A stretch of DNA of 64,000 bases, from positions 55,056,001 to 55,120,000 of the forward strand of contig OX597832.1 of NCBI GenBank assembly GCA_951406725.2, written 5' to 3'. The translations under genes and the position numbers were made by a program. The notes under the pieces were generated by a model. It had not been told where the DNA came from, ran no database searches, and worked only from the letters and a program-made list of their open reading frames with translations. Numbering within the stretch: the first letter of the stretch is position 1; each line of letters opens with the position of its first letter. Origin of the DNA: Octopus vulgaris (Eukaryota). This document shows, piece after piece, positions 26,691 through 49,046 of this stretch.

Positions 26691-27024
26691 CATACATATA
26701 GACGACGGGCTTCTTTCAGCTTCCGTCTACCAAATCCACTCGCAAGGCTTTGGTCGGCCCGAGGCTATAGTAGAAGACACTTGCCCAAGGTGCCACGCAG
26801 GAAGCATGTGGTTGGGAATCAAGCTTCTTACCACACTGTGCCATGCCTGTACTAATGTTAGTTTCTTTCTTTCTTTCTTTTTTCTTTCTTTTTTTTTTTT
26901 TGACCCGGAAGAAATAAATCTACAGTGCGCCTCGCGTCCAGACTTACAAACCCACATATTTTACCGATTCCTAATTTACATATTTTGATAGGCAAGACTA
27001 ACGAGTGACCATCTGCTTGCTTCT

Positions 27025-27721
27025 ACATACGAGTTAACGTGTTTCTCGAGACGGCTCGTAAAGCGAAAACTCGTAAAGCAGAGCAATAATTTCCCACTAT
27101 AGCAATGTCATAAATAATAATTCGTTCCCAGAAAAATATTTTACTAATAAAATCCATATTACTCGTAAATAAATGGCAATAAAACAACAGTAGAATGTAA
27201 AGAATATTTTATGCAAAGTAAAAAGAATGTCAAAATCATTTATAATAAAGGGTATTATTATCTTAATCGTTTTCTGAATCACTTTCACTCGCACTTGTAG
27301 ACGCGATCGCCGATTCACAAGCACTCGTAGACGGAGTCGTAGATTTCTTTTTAAAAAAACAAGTCTAGAGTTTGCTTAGGAGAAGATTTTTTCGCTCTCT
27401 GTAATTTTCTCGGTAATACGCAGAAGTATTTGTTATGGTAGTAGAAACTTTTGCACATCGTTCCTCGCACTAGGCTCGCACTTGTAGACGCGATCGCCGA
27501 TTCACAAGCACTCGTAGACGGACTGGTAGATTTCTTTTTAAGAAGACAATTCTAGAATTCGCTTAAAGGCAGATTTTTTCGCTCTCTGTAAATTTCTCGG
27601 TAATACGCAGAAGTATTAAGTTCTGGTGGTGGAAACTTTTGCACTTCGTTCAAAATTTAGATCTTGTGCTTGAAAAATAAAACTTGTAAAGCGGACCCTT
27701 GTAAAATGAAGTGTTACTGTA
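27025..27721. mobile_element. pogo/Tigger-like non-autonomous DNA transposon with internal ~187-bp duplication
   Basis: Subterminal ctcgtaaagcg repeats, ..gttactg-TA end, duplicated ctcgcacttgtagacgcgatcgccg at about 27288 and 27475. Confidence 0.65.
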
Positions 27722-28545
27722 TCCCTCGATAAACACTGTATTCAGTAAATCTAGAATTTAACACAGCAATTTACGGGGAGTAATTTTACCTTAAGGAGTG
27801 AACGAACAATTTCCTGTAATTCTGACTGCCCCGTGGTCTCTCAGTAGACAAAATGGGAAAAGCGTTAACCTTTGGTAATGGCGTGGGAGATATGCTGGTA
27901 CCCCCACTGTAACTCATGGGACTCGCACTCAGGGATAGCCAAGCTGATATTTACATGCATACTAAAACCCAGGCTTATGCGTTGGAGCGAAGGCTTCACA
28001 AAGTCACCGTCGACGGCACACTGCTATTCGCAACAAACAGAAAATCGTCGACAGGGCAACCGGTTCCACGAGTATTGCTTTCATTTTGTAACAGTGTCGA
28101 ACAATTCCACCCACCAGGTAAGCTTGGTGGGAGTGCCGCCCTTATGTCCGACCAATCGCCCGTGAAATAGGACGTGCAACAAATACACATACACACATAC
28201 ATACATACATACATACATACATACATACATACATACATACATACATACATACATACGTACACACGCACTTATATACGCACATATATGTATATATTGGTTC
28301 GTGTGATACATACGTACATACATACATACATACATACAAGCATACGTACACGCGCACTTATATACGCACATATATGTATATATTGGTTCGTGTGCATATA
28401 CATATCAAAAATTTAGCAACAGCACGACAAACGGAAAACTTTAGAAAAACATAATAAATGGAAAATTCATATATTGTTCCCCATTAGGCAACGTCAAAAA
28501 GATCATTACAATTTCGCGCCTTATGTTTGGAATCATATTCCCTAA

Positions 28546-28614
<69 letters not shown>

Positions 28615-29795
28615 TACATATGCTATAATCTATTCCTCCCGTCAACCATACGTACATACATAACATATCAACCTCCTAACCTACTTTAACTACCGACCTA
28701 AATACATACATACATACATTTATACATACATACATACATAAACACGCATACATATACATGCATACATACACATATACATACATATATACATATTTACATA
28801 CATACACATACGTACACACATACATACATAGGTACGTACGTACGTACCTACCTACCTACACACATACACACATATTTACATACATATATATATATTAACA
28901 TACATACGCACATAAACATAGATACCTACGTACATACAAACATACATACATGCATACATACATACGTACATACTTACTTACCTACATACATACATATTTA
29001 CATACATACATACATTCATACATACATACACATATACATACATATATACATGATTATATACATATATACATATACATACATACATATATACATACATACA
29101 TACATAGGTACGTACGTACCTACCTGACTACATACATACAAATTTACATACACACGCACATAAACACACTTACATACATACAGACATACATACATACTAC
29201 ATACATACACACACACATGAATACGTATGTACATACATACATACATACACACATGAATACGTATGTACATACATACATACACACATGAATACGTATGTAC
29301 ATTCATACATACATATATACATACATACATACATACATACATAATACATACAAACACACACATATGAATACGTATGTACATACATACATACATATATACA
29401 TACATACATACATACATACATACATACATACACACACTCATGAATACGTATGTACATACATACATGCATACATACACACATACATACATACATACATACA
29501 TACATACATACATACATACATACATACATACATACATACATACATGTTAATGTACATGTTTACACATGTACACTAGTATCACTTACTAAAGTAACAGTTA
29601 AGTTCATGTCGCAGCGGGTGCTTCATGGCAGCTAAAACCGAGAAGGAATTACATGTAATATTTTCTTCTAAAAGTAACAAAACCTGGCTGCGTGTGAGGC
29701 GAAAAAAATGACACGTTAGTGATTGCCTTATTTTCTCTTACTTAAAAACACACGCGCGAGCATAAATATATATATATATATAAATATATACATGC

Positions 29796-29913
<118 letters not shown>

Positions 29914-29931
29914 CATACACATATAGATAGA

Positions 29932-29962
<31 letters not shown>

Positions 29963-29963
<1 letters not shown>

Positions 29964-30163
29964 GTTAATCCAAACATGAAAGCACAAAGAAAGTAACACA
30001 ACAACGCAAGGACGTGGAACAAATATAGTATTATTGGACGCTCAGGAAGGAAGGGAAGAAGGAGGGTTTAACGTTTCGAGCGGGGCTCTTCGTCGGAAAC
30101 ATACGAAAAGGAAAGATCCAGAGAAGGGAAGACGGAGGAAAAAAATCGTCAACGGTACACACG
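29963..30163 (-). mobile_element. Hammerhead-bearing short element, family A (best-preserved copy)
   Basis: Homologous to the 2051 and 33531 copies; abuts (TA)n. Confidence 0.75.
30066..30100 (-). ncRNA. Minimal type-I hammerhead ribozyme (dimer-type)
   Basis: guuu-CCGACGA-A-gagc-ccc-gcuc-GAAAC-GUU-aaac: 4-bp stems I and II and a loopless palindromic stem III (ACGU). Confidence 0.75.
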
Positions 30164-30296
30164 AAGAATCCACTAGAGTGGATGCAAGCTCTAATATATG
30201 ATTTATAAAAAAATGTAACAAATTTATAAAAATCTGTAAATATAAAACCATCCAGATTTCTGAGTACCTTACTTCTTCTAATATATATATATATAT

Positions 30297-30696
30297 AGGC
30301 GTAGGAGTGGCTGTGTGGTAATTAGCTTGCTTACCAACCACATGGTTCCGGGTTCAGTCCCACTGCGTGGCACTTTGGTCAAGTGTCCTCTACTATAGCT
30401 TCGGGCCGACGAAAGCCTTGTGAGAGGATTTGGTAGACGGAAACTGAAAGAAGCCCGTCGTATATATGTATGTATGTGTGTGTATATGTTTGTGTATCTG
30501 TGTTTGTCCCCCAACATCGTTTGGCAATCGATGGTGGTGTGTTTACGTCCCCGTAACTTAGCGGTTCGGCAAAAGAGACCGATAGAATAAGTACTAGGTT
30601 TCCAGAGAATAAGTCCTGGGATCGATTTGCTCGACTAAAGACGGTGCTGCTGCATGGCCGCAGTCAAATGACTGAAGCAGGTAAAACAGTAAAAAA

Positions 30697-30697
<1 letters not shown>
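30297..30697 (+). mobile_element. Full-length SINE S1
   Basis: Head, body and tail all present. Confidence 0.9.
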
Positions 30698-30766
<69 letters not shown>

Positions 30767-30767
<1 letters not shown>

Positions 30768-31213
30768 CATTCTGCTCAATACCACAGATTTGCTTGTCAG
30801 TTGTTTGACCTTAACCAGTTGAGCATGTCCCTTAGTGGCTGACGATATGTGCATCTCTGATCACGAGCAGAAGTAGTGGGGGAGCATCATAGCCATGTGT
30901 CGAGGGGAATTCTTTGGGGTTTGGATAATGCACCTCTGGAAACATGGGTGTTTCGTTTAACATCCTTAAACAACCCTTATTCGGGGACCTTTTGAGCGGG
31001 ATGGGCTACTCAACCTGAAGGAAAATTCTAACTGGTCCCCACCTGCAAGGTCATGTGCTGTTTATCTTGATATGAAATCACCATGTCGCGCACATATGGT
31101 TGTGATGCATGTGCCTGGTGTACCTTTATCAGACGGGTAGTCATGATGGGTATATTGGGCTTCGTATATTTTACCCCAGTGTCACTTTGATGGCATGCAC
31201 TGCTCTCTCACTC
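30767..31213. mobile_element. 447-bp non-coding element bounded on both sides by (TAA)n
   Basis: Complex sequence between two long in-orientation (TAA)n tracts, directly adjacent to the R4/Dong LINE. Confidence 0.5.
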
Positions 31214-31270
<57 letters not shown>

Positions 31271-31743
31271 TGATTATAAAAAGACCTTTGATAGCATACG
31301 GCATTCATGAATTTCGAAATCCCTAGATATCTTGCAAATTTCGCCTGTAATTTCAAACTTCCTGTCTGTGTAGAAAACGAATATCCAATTATACCATTCT
31401 AATTGAGTACTGACTTCAATCGGTATTAATGTCAACTGTGGCATTTTCCAAGGTGACTCACTTTCACCTCTGATTTTTTTGCATAGCCCCTAATACCCCT
31501 TACAAGTGAACTTAACAGAACAGAGTATGGGTATAGAATTGACAACAAAAAAAAATAAGTCATCTATTTTATATGGATAAGCGCAGGAGTGGCTGTGTGG
31601 TATGTAGCTTGCTTACCAACCTCTTGGTTCCGGGTTCAGTCCCACTGCGTGGCATTTGGGCAAGTGTCTTCTACAATAGCCTCGGGCCGACCGAAGCCTT
31701 GTGAGTGGATTTGGTAGACGGAAACTGAAAGAAGCCCGTCGTA

Positions 31744-31780
<37 letters not shown>

Positions 31781-31781
31781 A

Positions 31782-31825
<44 letters not shown>

Positions 31826-32970
31826 CGTGTGTGTGTGTGTTTGTGTGTGTGCGTATGTGTGTGTGCGTATGTGTGTGTGCGTGCCTGTGTGTGTCCCCCC
31901 AACATCGCTTGTCAACCGATCCTTGTGTGTCTACGTTCCCGTAACTTAGCGGTTCAGCAAAAGCAACCGATAGAATAAGTACTAGACTTACAAAGAATAA
32001 CTCCTGGGGTCGAGTTGCTCGACTAGAAGGCGGTGCTCCAGCATAGCCGCAGTCGAATGACTGAAACAAGTAAAAGAGAAAGAGAGTAAAGGATAACTTA
32101 AACCTCTATAGCAAAGACAGTAATGAGCTTGAAGGCCTCTTACGTACTATGAAGCATTCAAGGATGCTTTTGGTCATGATAAATATGCCAAGGCCACTTT
32201 CCAGAGAAGGAAATTGAAGATCTCAAATTCAGTCGTGTTAGATGTTGACACGGTTATAAAAGAACTTGAGCAGGAACAAACCTACAAATACCTCTGAATA
32301 AATGAAGGTTCTGGCATTCATTATGCAAGCGTGAAAGAGAAGATCAGGAAGGAATGTTACAGTACAGTTGAGCAGTCCTGAAATCTGAGCTAAATGCACG
32401 TAACAAGATGTTAGCCATAAATTCCTTAGCAGTTCCAGTTGTTATTTATAGTTTCAATGTGTTCAACTTGAATATCGGTGAAATATAGAAAACTGACAGA
32501 AAATCCGTAAGTTGTTGATTGCAATAAGATGCACCATCCAAAGACAGGTGCAGACCGTCTTTACCTTCTCAGAACCCGAGGAGGTTGAGGCTTGATCCAG
32601 TTTGAAATCTCTTACAAAACCACAACAATTGGACTGGCCGAATATCTTGAAACACCTAACGACTGGATTGTAATGCTCGTTGGATACCATGAAAGACGTA
32701 AGAAACTTCATCCTGTCATGAAGGAAAGCAACAGATTTGCTAGTGGGTTCATGTATAATACCCAGGTTGAACAGTATGTTAGAAGTGCTGAAAATGTAGC
32801 CGCAAAGAAGGTGAAGTCAAGCCAGTGTCATTAAAAATGATGGAGACCCAAATGTGCCGATACTGCAACGATGAGATTGAAACAGTAGACCATCTAATCT
32901 CTGGATGTAAAATTCTAGCACCTGTAGAATATAAATCAAGACATGACAGAGTTGGCCAATATCTACACTG
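31271..32970 (+). pseudogene. R4/Dong-clade LINE relic (RT plus CCHC knuckle), interrupted by SINE S1 at 31581-32090
   Basis: DYKKTFDSIRH, GIFQGDSLSPL, HLFYMD|NLNLY, TYKYL, ELNARNKMLAINSLAVP, DRLYL..GG.GL, CRYCNDEIETVDHLISGC..YKSRHDRV. Confidence 0.88.
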
Positions 32971-32994
32971 AACCAAGAGACAGCCAATGTTCCT

Positions 32995-33300
32995 AGGTAA
33001 GTAGCTTGCTTACCAGCCACATGGTTCCGGGTTCAGTCCTACGGCGTGGCACCTTGGGCAACTGGCTTCTATTATAACCTATAATCTTGTGAGTGGATTT
33101 GGTTGACAGAAACTGAAAGAGGCCCGTCGTATATGTGTGTGTGTGTGTTTGTCCACCACCACCGTGTAGGGATGCCATGTAGAGGTGCCATGTAAGAATG
33201 ACATGTAGGGATGATATACAAGTCCATTGTATATCTGTGTGTGTGTGTGTGTTTGTGTATGTATGTGTGTATTTGTGTGTCTGTGTTTGTCGCTCCCTCC
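32995..33300 (+). mobile_element. SINE S1 variant with internal gtagggatg repeats
   Basis: S1 head and body, then the same short repeat as 6970-7045. Confidence 0.7.
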
Positions 33301-33480
33301 CACATGCAAATAGGAAAGCCTTCTTTTTCCGTCGAGGGCTTATATGCCCCTTTATTAGACTATTTTCCTTAGTCATTGTACGGTGATCTCCATAATCTTT
33401 AAGCTTATATAAAAACACCATTATCATTATTTACAGGATTGTAAAAATGGCACTGTATAAAAAAAACATTCGCACCGAAA

Positions 33481-33530
<50 letters not shown>

Positions 33531-33535
<5 letters not shown>

Positions 33536-33736
33536 TAATCCAAACAAGAAAACAAAAAGGCAACAACGCGAGGATGTGGAACAATTAAAGTATTATTGGA
33601 CGCTCAGGAAAAAAGGGAAGAAGGAGGGTATGATGTTTCGAGCGGAACTCTTCGTCGGAAACATAGGAGAAAGAAAGATCCCGAGGTGGGAGGACAGAGG
33701 GAAAAAAATGCAAGTGGTCTTCACGAGGTCAACATA

Positions 33737-33738
<2 letters not shown>
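33531..33738 (-). mobile_element. Hammerhead-bearing short element, family A (degenerate stem III)
   Basis: guuu-CCGACGA-A-gagu/gcuc-GAAAC-AUC; (TA)n on both sides. Confidence 0.7.
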
Positions 33739-33780
<42 letters not shown>

Positions 33781-33882
33781 TTGTGAGTGGATTTGGTAGA
33801 CGGAAACTGAAGAATGTACATATATATATATGTGTGTGTGTATGTTTGTGTGTCTGTGTTTGTCCTCTAGTAGAGAGAGAGA

Positions 33883-33913
<31 letters not shown>

Positions 33914-33919
33914 TATATA

Positions 33920-34308
33920 TTTTAAATAAGGAAAGGAAAGGAAGAAAATAGATAGAAAATTTACGCACGGATTTTTTTTATTTGAAGATATTCCAATTCG
34001 TACATAGAAATTTCTACCTACAACTGTTTCCTTACAAAATTCTTTAATTTCCATCATATTCGAAACCATTGAATTGGGTATATCCTCAGGGATAATTTCA
34101 GAAGGAAGTCATTTAACAGGTCATTTGTCGTAGGCTAACCTACGACAAACTCACTGGTTTCCAGTATGGAATTTTATTTCTGAAATTAAAGAACTGTGAA
34201 TGGAAACAGCCGTAGGTAGGAATTTCTATGCATGAAATTTGTATATCTTTAAATACAAACATCTGTACGTAATTTTTTTACCCATTTTCTTAATTTTCTT
34301 ATTCAAAA
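33920..34308. repeat. Imperfect long inverted repeat with nested perfect 11-bp hairpin
   Basis: catagaaatttctacctacaactgtttcc pairs with ggaaacagccgtaggtaggaatttctatg; tttgtcgtagg-ctaa-cctacgacaaa at 34124-34149. Confidence 0.8.
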
Positions 34309-34704
34309 AGGTTTATTTAAGTACATATACGTTTCGAGGATAAAATAATATAACTGGTTTTCTCTGAACGCTGGTACAAACCGGTGAAATAAGATGCTCG
34401 TATCCCTTAAGGGACTAAAGTTCCTTGACTAATCAAATCAAATGCTGCCATCTCAGTTTTTTTTTGCGTTTCTTTTTTATTCATTTTTGTTTTACTTCGT
34501 TACGATATGTGATTTGTGTCTGATGAATATGTTTGTGGTAATTCTGAACATATGACGCTGTTAGTAGCACTTAAAGACATGTATTGTGTCCTTTAAATTA
34601 ATAATATTCATCTCTCACCTGAGGGAGCACTCTTTTTGTAGAATTTTCCATCACAGAACAGTACATATAAATATATATATATATACATATATATATTTAT
34701 TTAT

Positions 34705-34881
34705 ATAGATCGTTAGCCACTACACACATTTTTTTCTCTCCTTGTTTTTTCTGTGTCCCTTTCTGTAGAAGAGCGTAGGCTCGAAACGTAAAAGACTTTT
34801 TCTATTCCTGAGCGTTATTCTAATATATCTGTTTGTTTTGTACACCACCTGTCTTCGTCTTTTGTTTTTTTCGTAAACTCT

Positions 34882-34884
<3 letters not shown>
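34705..34884 (+). mobile_element. Hammerhead-bearing short element, family B (motif 34759-34794)
   Basis: cuuu-CUGUAGA-A-gagc-guag-gcuc-GAAAC-GUA-aaag; (TA)n on both sides; copies at 55063 and 63673. Confidence 0.75.
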
Positions 34885-44050
<9,166 letters not shown>

Positions 44051-45875
44051 CGGGTACCAGCGTCGTCGCTGGGTATATATATATATATATGTATATATAA
44101 ATATGTAAAATAAACTGTTGGTATATATATCCACTACCTCGGCCGACAGACCCCCCCCCCACCGCCATCGCCATCGCCAGCGCCAGCGCTATCATCAATA
44201 TCACTACAGTAACTGCTGCCGTTGCTGCTGCTGCTGCTGTTGCCACCGCTGCTATTGCTGCTGCCGCCGTCGCTGCTGCTGCTGCTGCTGCTAGAGCCGT
44301 CGGTTGTATGTAGTTAACGTAAGCGGCCCTCTGTCAGTCGCTTCTCCCACCTCACCATGGATTACATCGTACAGCGGAGCGCACTGTAATACCTCACCAA
44401 GCATTGTTTAGACTTCCAAGAAGGAATAGGTGGCACTTCAGTTCCCCACCCTCTCTTTTTTTTTTCAGTCCCCCCCACCAAAAACGTGTGTTTTATTTTT
44501 TCATCTTCTTCCTTTCTTTCTTTCTTTCAATCTATCTTTTGTTATTGTTTTTCATGTGTTCTTCATTTGAGAGAAAAAAAATTCGTAACCCAAACACTCA
44601 CACACATAACATACATACATACATCTGTACACAAATGTTTATCATATCACTTGCCTAGCTTAACACACGCCAACGAAAACCTCACCTTAAGCTGTATATA
44701 AAACTACATTCATAAATTGATACAGACACACACACACACATATATATACCCACATTCACACTCACATACATATATTCCTATATATCTACAATCATTCATA
44801 TATTCATTCATACATTCATGTATACATCTACACAGTTATCAAACCATATACACACATACAAACGTACGTATTTATACACACGCACAGATATGTATATACC
44901 TACATAAATACGTTAGTTCACACTACAAATAAACACACAAGTACACGTACATATATATATATATATGTATATATATATTTAGTATTTTTTCCCTTTCTGT
45001 CTATATATATATCTACCTCTGTTTCCGCCTTCTTATTCCGATGTGGCCACCCTCCCCCTTATCCTTGTATTAATACTTCCGTTTTGTTTTCTTCCTCTAT
45101 GGATAAATGGGAAATAAATAATTAAAAAAAAAATATACCACACACAAAATTATTATTAATAATAATAATAATAATAACAACAACAACAGCAGCAGCAGCA
45201 AAAGCGAGTTACCTACGTGGAAAACTATTTAATTTTTTCCTATGGAATTGAAGACGTTAACAGCAGGTAAACTGGAAAAAGGACATCTTACGGACATCGT
45301 TAGTAACAACAACAATTATAATTACAGCAGCGATATCAACAGTGAATGTAACGCAAGTGACCCTCACCACTGAATGAGAGACAACAATAATAACAACAAT
45401 AGCAAGCTTAAACAGCAAACAAGTAAGAGGGCTCATATTTTTTTCTCTTCCTGTATTGTTATTATTATTGTTATTATTATTTATTATTATTCATCATTGT
45501 TAATAATCTTGTTTTAATTTACAGCATGGGTGAAATACATTTTGTAAATAAATAGTTTGTGTGTGTCTGTGTATGTGTGACTGTGTTTGTATATGTTTGA
45601 GTAAATTTATAATATCTAAGAATATATATATATATATGAATACATGTATGTATACGTTGTCGGTATCCACCGATATGGATGTGTGTGTATTTATTTGTAT
45701 GTATATATATATATGTGTGTGTGTGTGTGTTTGTATACATATATACATAAATGTGTCTATATCAGTGTATGTATGTATATACATATATACACACACACAT
45801 ATGCACAAACATACATACACAGATATATATGAATATATATATATTTATAAACATCTATATGCAAATGATTACGTA

Positions 45876-45920
<45 letters not shown>

Positions 45921-46054
45921 AGTAAAATAAATAAATATATATATATATATATATGTGTGTGTGCAGATGTACATACTGTATACACTCACCCACGCACATA
46001 TATACATAACGATACATATTTATGTAAACACACACACACCAATATGCAGTGTGT

Positions 46055-46330
46055 GTAAATTCTATATTTGCTTATCGGAACTCGAACGGAAGGGCACAAA
46101 AAAAAAATAGTTTCAAATCCCGAGAAAGGTCCGGATATTCTTCAGGTCGCGTGGTCCGACCACGACGAGCAGCATTCGAAGAATCGACCGTTTTGCTTGT
46201 TTGTTTGTTTGACTGTTTCCATCGCGAACGGACCACGCGACCTGAAGAATGTCCGGTCCTTTGTTACGATTTGAAACTAATCGTATAACTGCCCTTCCGT
46301 CCTGGAATTCTGATATAGCTGTGAATTTAC
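46055..46330. repeat. Inverted repeat whose arms each carry a decayed hammerhead core
   Basis: Inner arms 46108-46158 and 46229-46279; outer acggaagggca/tgcccttccgt and gtaaattc/gaatttac; each arm reads cgcgac-CUGAAGA...GAAACUA outward. Confidence 0.8.
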
Positions 46331-46549
46331 GATGTACGCGTGCGTGTGATTTGACTGTATGAGTGTGTGTATGGTTATACGTGTATGCGCGAGATAAAGA
46401 AACATACATACACATACCCACACACACACACAAATATATATATATATATAATAGAAAAAGAAATACACACATGTATATATTTGTATGTATGGTTGTGTGT
46501 GTGTATATATATATATCGTCATTGATATACACAAAAATATGCATCTCTT

Positions 46550-46599
<50 letters not shown>

Positions 46600-47702
46600 T
46601 ATGTAATACGTATAAATATATGTGTATATGTGTGAATATGTATATACATTTATGTGAATAAATAAATGTATATATATACATACATACATACATATACACA
46701 AACACACACATCGTTTGCAACCATGGGAATTGCTTCACGATATTTTATGCCATACATACACACAGATAGACAGATAGGTAGGTATATAGACAGACAAAAA
46801 GATAGATAGATAGATATAGATAAATAGATAGATGTGTTGCATTGTAAGCATATGTGTACACACACGTAAGTATACACACACCCGCGTATAACGTACACGG
46901 TTCAGGGTAAATAATAATGGAATTTATTTGAAACCGTAATTCCACACACACACACACACACAGGCGCTCACACGGTCGTCTGTTGAGAATTTATTGGTAA
47001 GTAATATGTAACTGTGCATTTATTGATTGCACATACGTTCGTTCTGTATCAATAATACCGACCTATCGCTTCGTAATACAGGCGACGTCTCTCTTCCTCT
47101 CTCTCTCTTTCTCTCTCACAATAACACTCACGCTTTATCAACCTTCGTCAGCTGCCGCCATCACCACCTCCTCTCTCACTTTCTCTCTCTCTCTCTCCAT
47201 CCATCCATCCATCCGTCACACACCCTCACTATCTCTACTACTACTATTACTACTACTACTGTGGTGTTGATAATAATAATCATAATAATAAACGGTAGCT
47301 GTTAGTGATATTACGTAAATCTATGTTTACACCGTTGTATTTACTGTATCAATGCCTTTTTTTTTTCTCTCTATGACACTATGCTAAAAGCGTTGCTTCT
47401 TTCTCTATTTTCTTCTCTTTTTCTCTTCTTTCCTCTGCAACCTTTCTTCCAAACACACCCTACACACACACACACACTCTCTCTCTCTCTGACACCTACA
47501 CCACCACCAACACTTTGCCGCCGTCTCTGTTATCACCCGCCCCCTCTACACCGAACACCAAACCGTTCTGTTGTTGTTGTTGTTTGTGGTGGTGTTTAGC
47601 CCTTGGTTGACTCACATAGGTCTGTGATCAAATACGTTCCAACGCTGATCGGGTCGTTCTTCACAGTATATTCATATGGGCATAATCTACACAAGTGTGG
47701 CA

Positions 47703-47975
47703 CGACTTTGTTTCCTCATAACTTTCAAAAATAAATAAGTAAATAAATAAATGGATATTTTTTTAATGATATTTTCTACAAAGACCTTTCTGATAATTTA
47801 AATTCCAATTATATCGAAATTTATTTGGAGAATTGTTTTCGGAAGGTGTAGCCAAGAAGTCTCGACTTTGTTTCCTCATAGCTTTCAGAAAAATGTGTAC
47901 TTTTTTTTTAATGATATTTTCTTCAAAATACCTTTCAGGTGGTGTACATTACAATTATATAGTAATTTAATGTCA
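47703..47975 (+). repeat. Diverged tandem duplication, 160-bp period
   Basis: cgactttgtttcctcata at 47703 and 47863. Confidence 0.8.
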
Positions 47976-48018
47976 ATAAATAAAGAAATAAAAATAAAAT
48001 AGTATAAATAAATAGATA

Positions 48019-48083
48019 ATGGCGGTGCCTCAGCATGGCCACAGCTCATGAGCTGAAACTAGAATCAATCAATCAATCAATCA
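48019..48083 (+). mobile_element. Ultra-short retroposon tail element
   Basis: Same as 22028, with (AATC)n tail and possible agataa TSD. Confidence 0.7.
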
Positions 48084-49005
48084 GATAAATATTGGTAGGC
48101 CCACAAACGTAAGTAATGGCATTTTCCTTCCTCCATTTTAATAGTCGGCAGGATACGATGCTAGGGTGATTTGTGAGCTATTTTTTGCAAGATTCGAGTG
48201 GTTGACTACGTTAGAAACTCCCTCTCGTTGGCACGTTGCCTCGTGGTGGTCATGGTAGTAACAACGACAGCGGTGTTATCGTTGTTGTTGTTGTTGTTGT
48301 CGTTGTTGCTGCTAATCGCCATCATTGTCGTCGTTTGTTGCTGTTTAGGTCAGTCAGAGCAAACGCTTCGACAATCGAACACGTAACAGAAATGCTTATA
48401 GATATCTCTAACCTCCGACTCCAATCTCACTTTCTCTCCCACTCTCTCTATCTATCTCTCCTTCCATCTTTCTTTCTCTTTCTTCCTCATCATCGACTCG
48501 ATTTTTGTCACGAAATCTACCCTCTTCTCTTTCGCTCTCTCTCGCTTCTACCACGGCTTCTAACCTACCCCCCCCCCACCCTTACTCCTCGCTACTACCT
48601 ATTTGTTGCTATCACTGACCGATATTAATGCCTCTAGCGCAGCTCTATCTCTCTCTCTCTCAACCCTCCCCTCACTCATACATCCATACACGTTCTCTTT
48701 CATCTATTAATTCCCATTATTTGATCAAGACAATTTGCTTATACATACATAGATGTATTATATATTATAATATATCTGCTTCATCTACCCCTCCATCCTC
48801 ATATTTCTTCCTACTCCACTTACCCTCCCGCCCTCCCTCTTCTGTATTCGACCCTTTTTTTTGTCTTATTTACAAAAACTCTGTCTGTCTCTCTCTCTCC
48901 ATCTCTATATCGTTATATCTATGTACCATACTAACTATTCGCGCTTATACATATATATACATACATACATGTATGTATATTGTGTCTGTGTGTGTGTGTG
49001 TGTGT

Positions 49006-49046
<41 letters not shown>

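Noticed and set aside
45281-45305. Resemblance to the miR-8/200 star arm (catcttac..)
   Set aside because: No complementary mature arm downstream.
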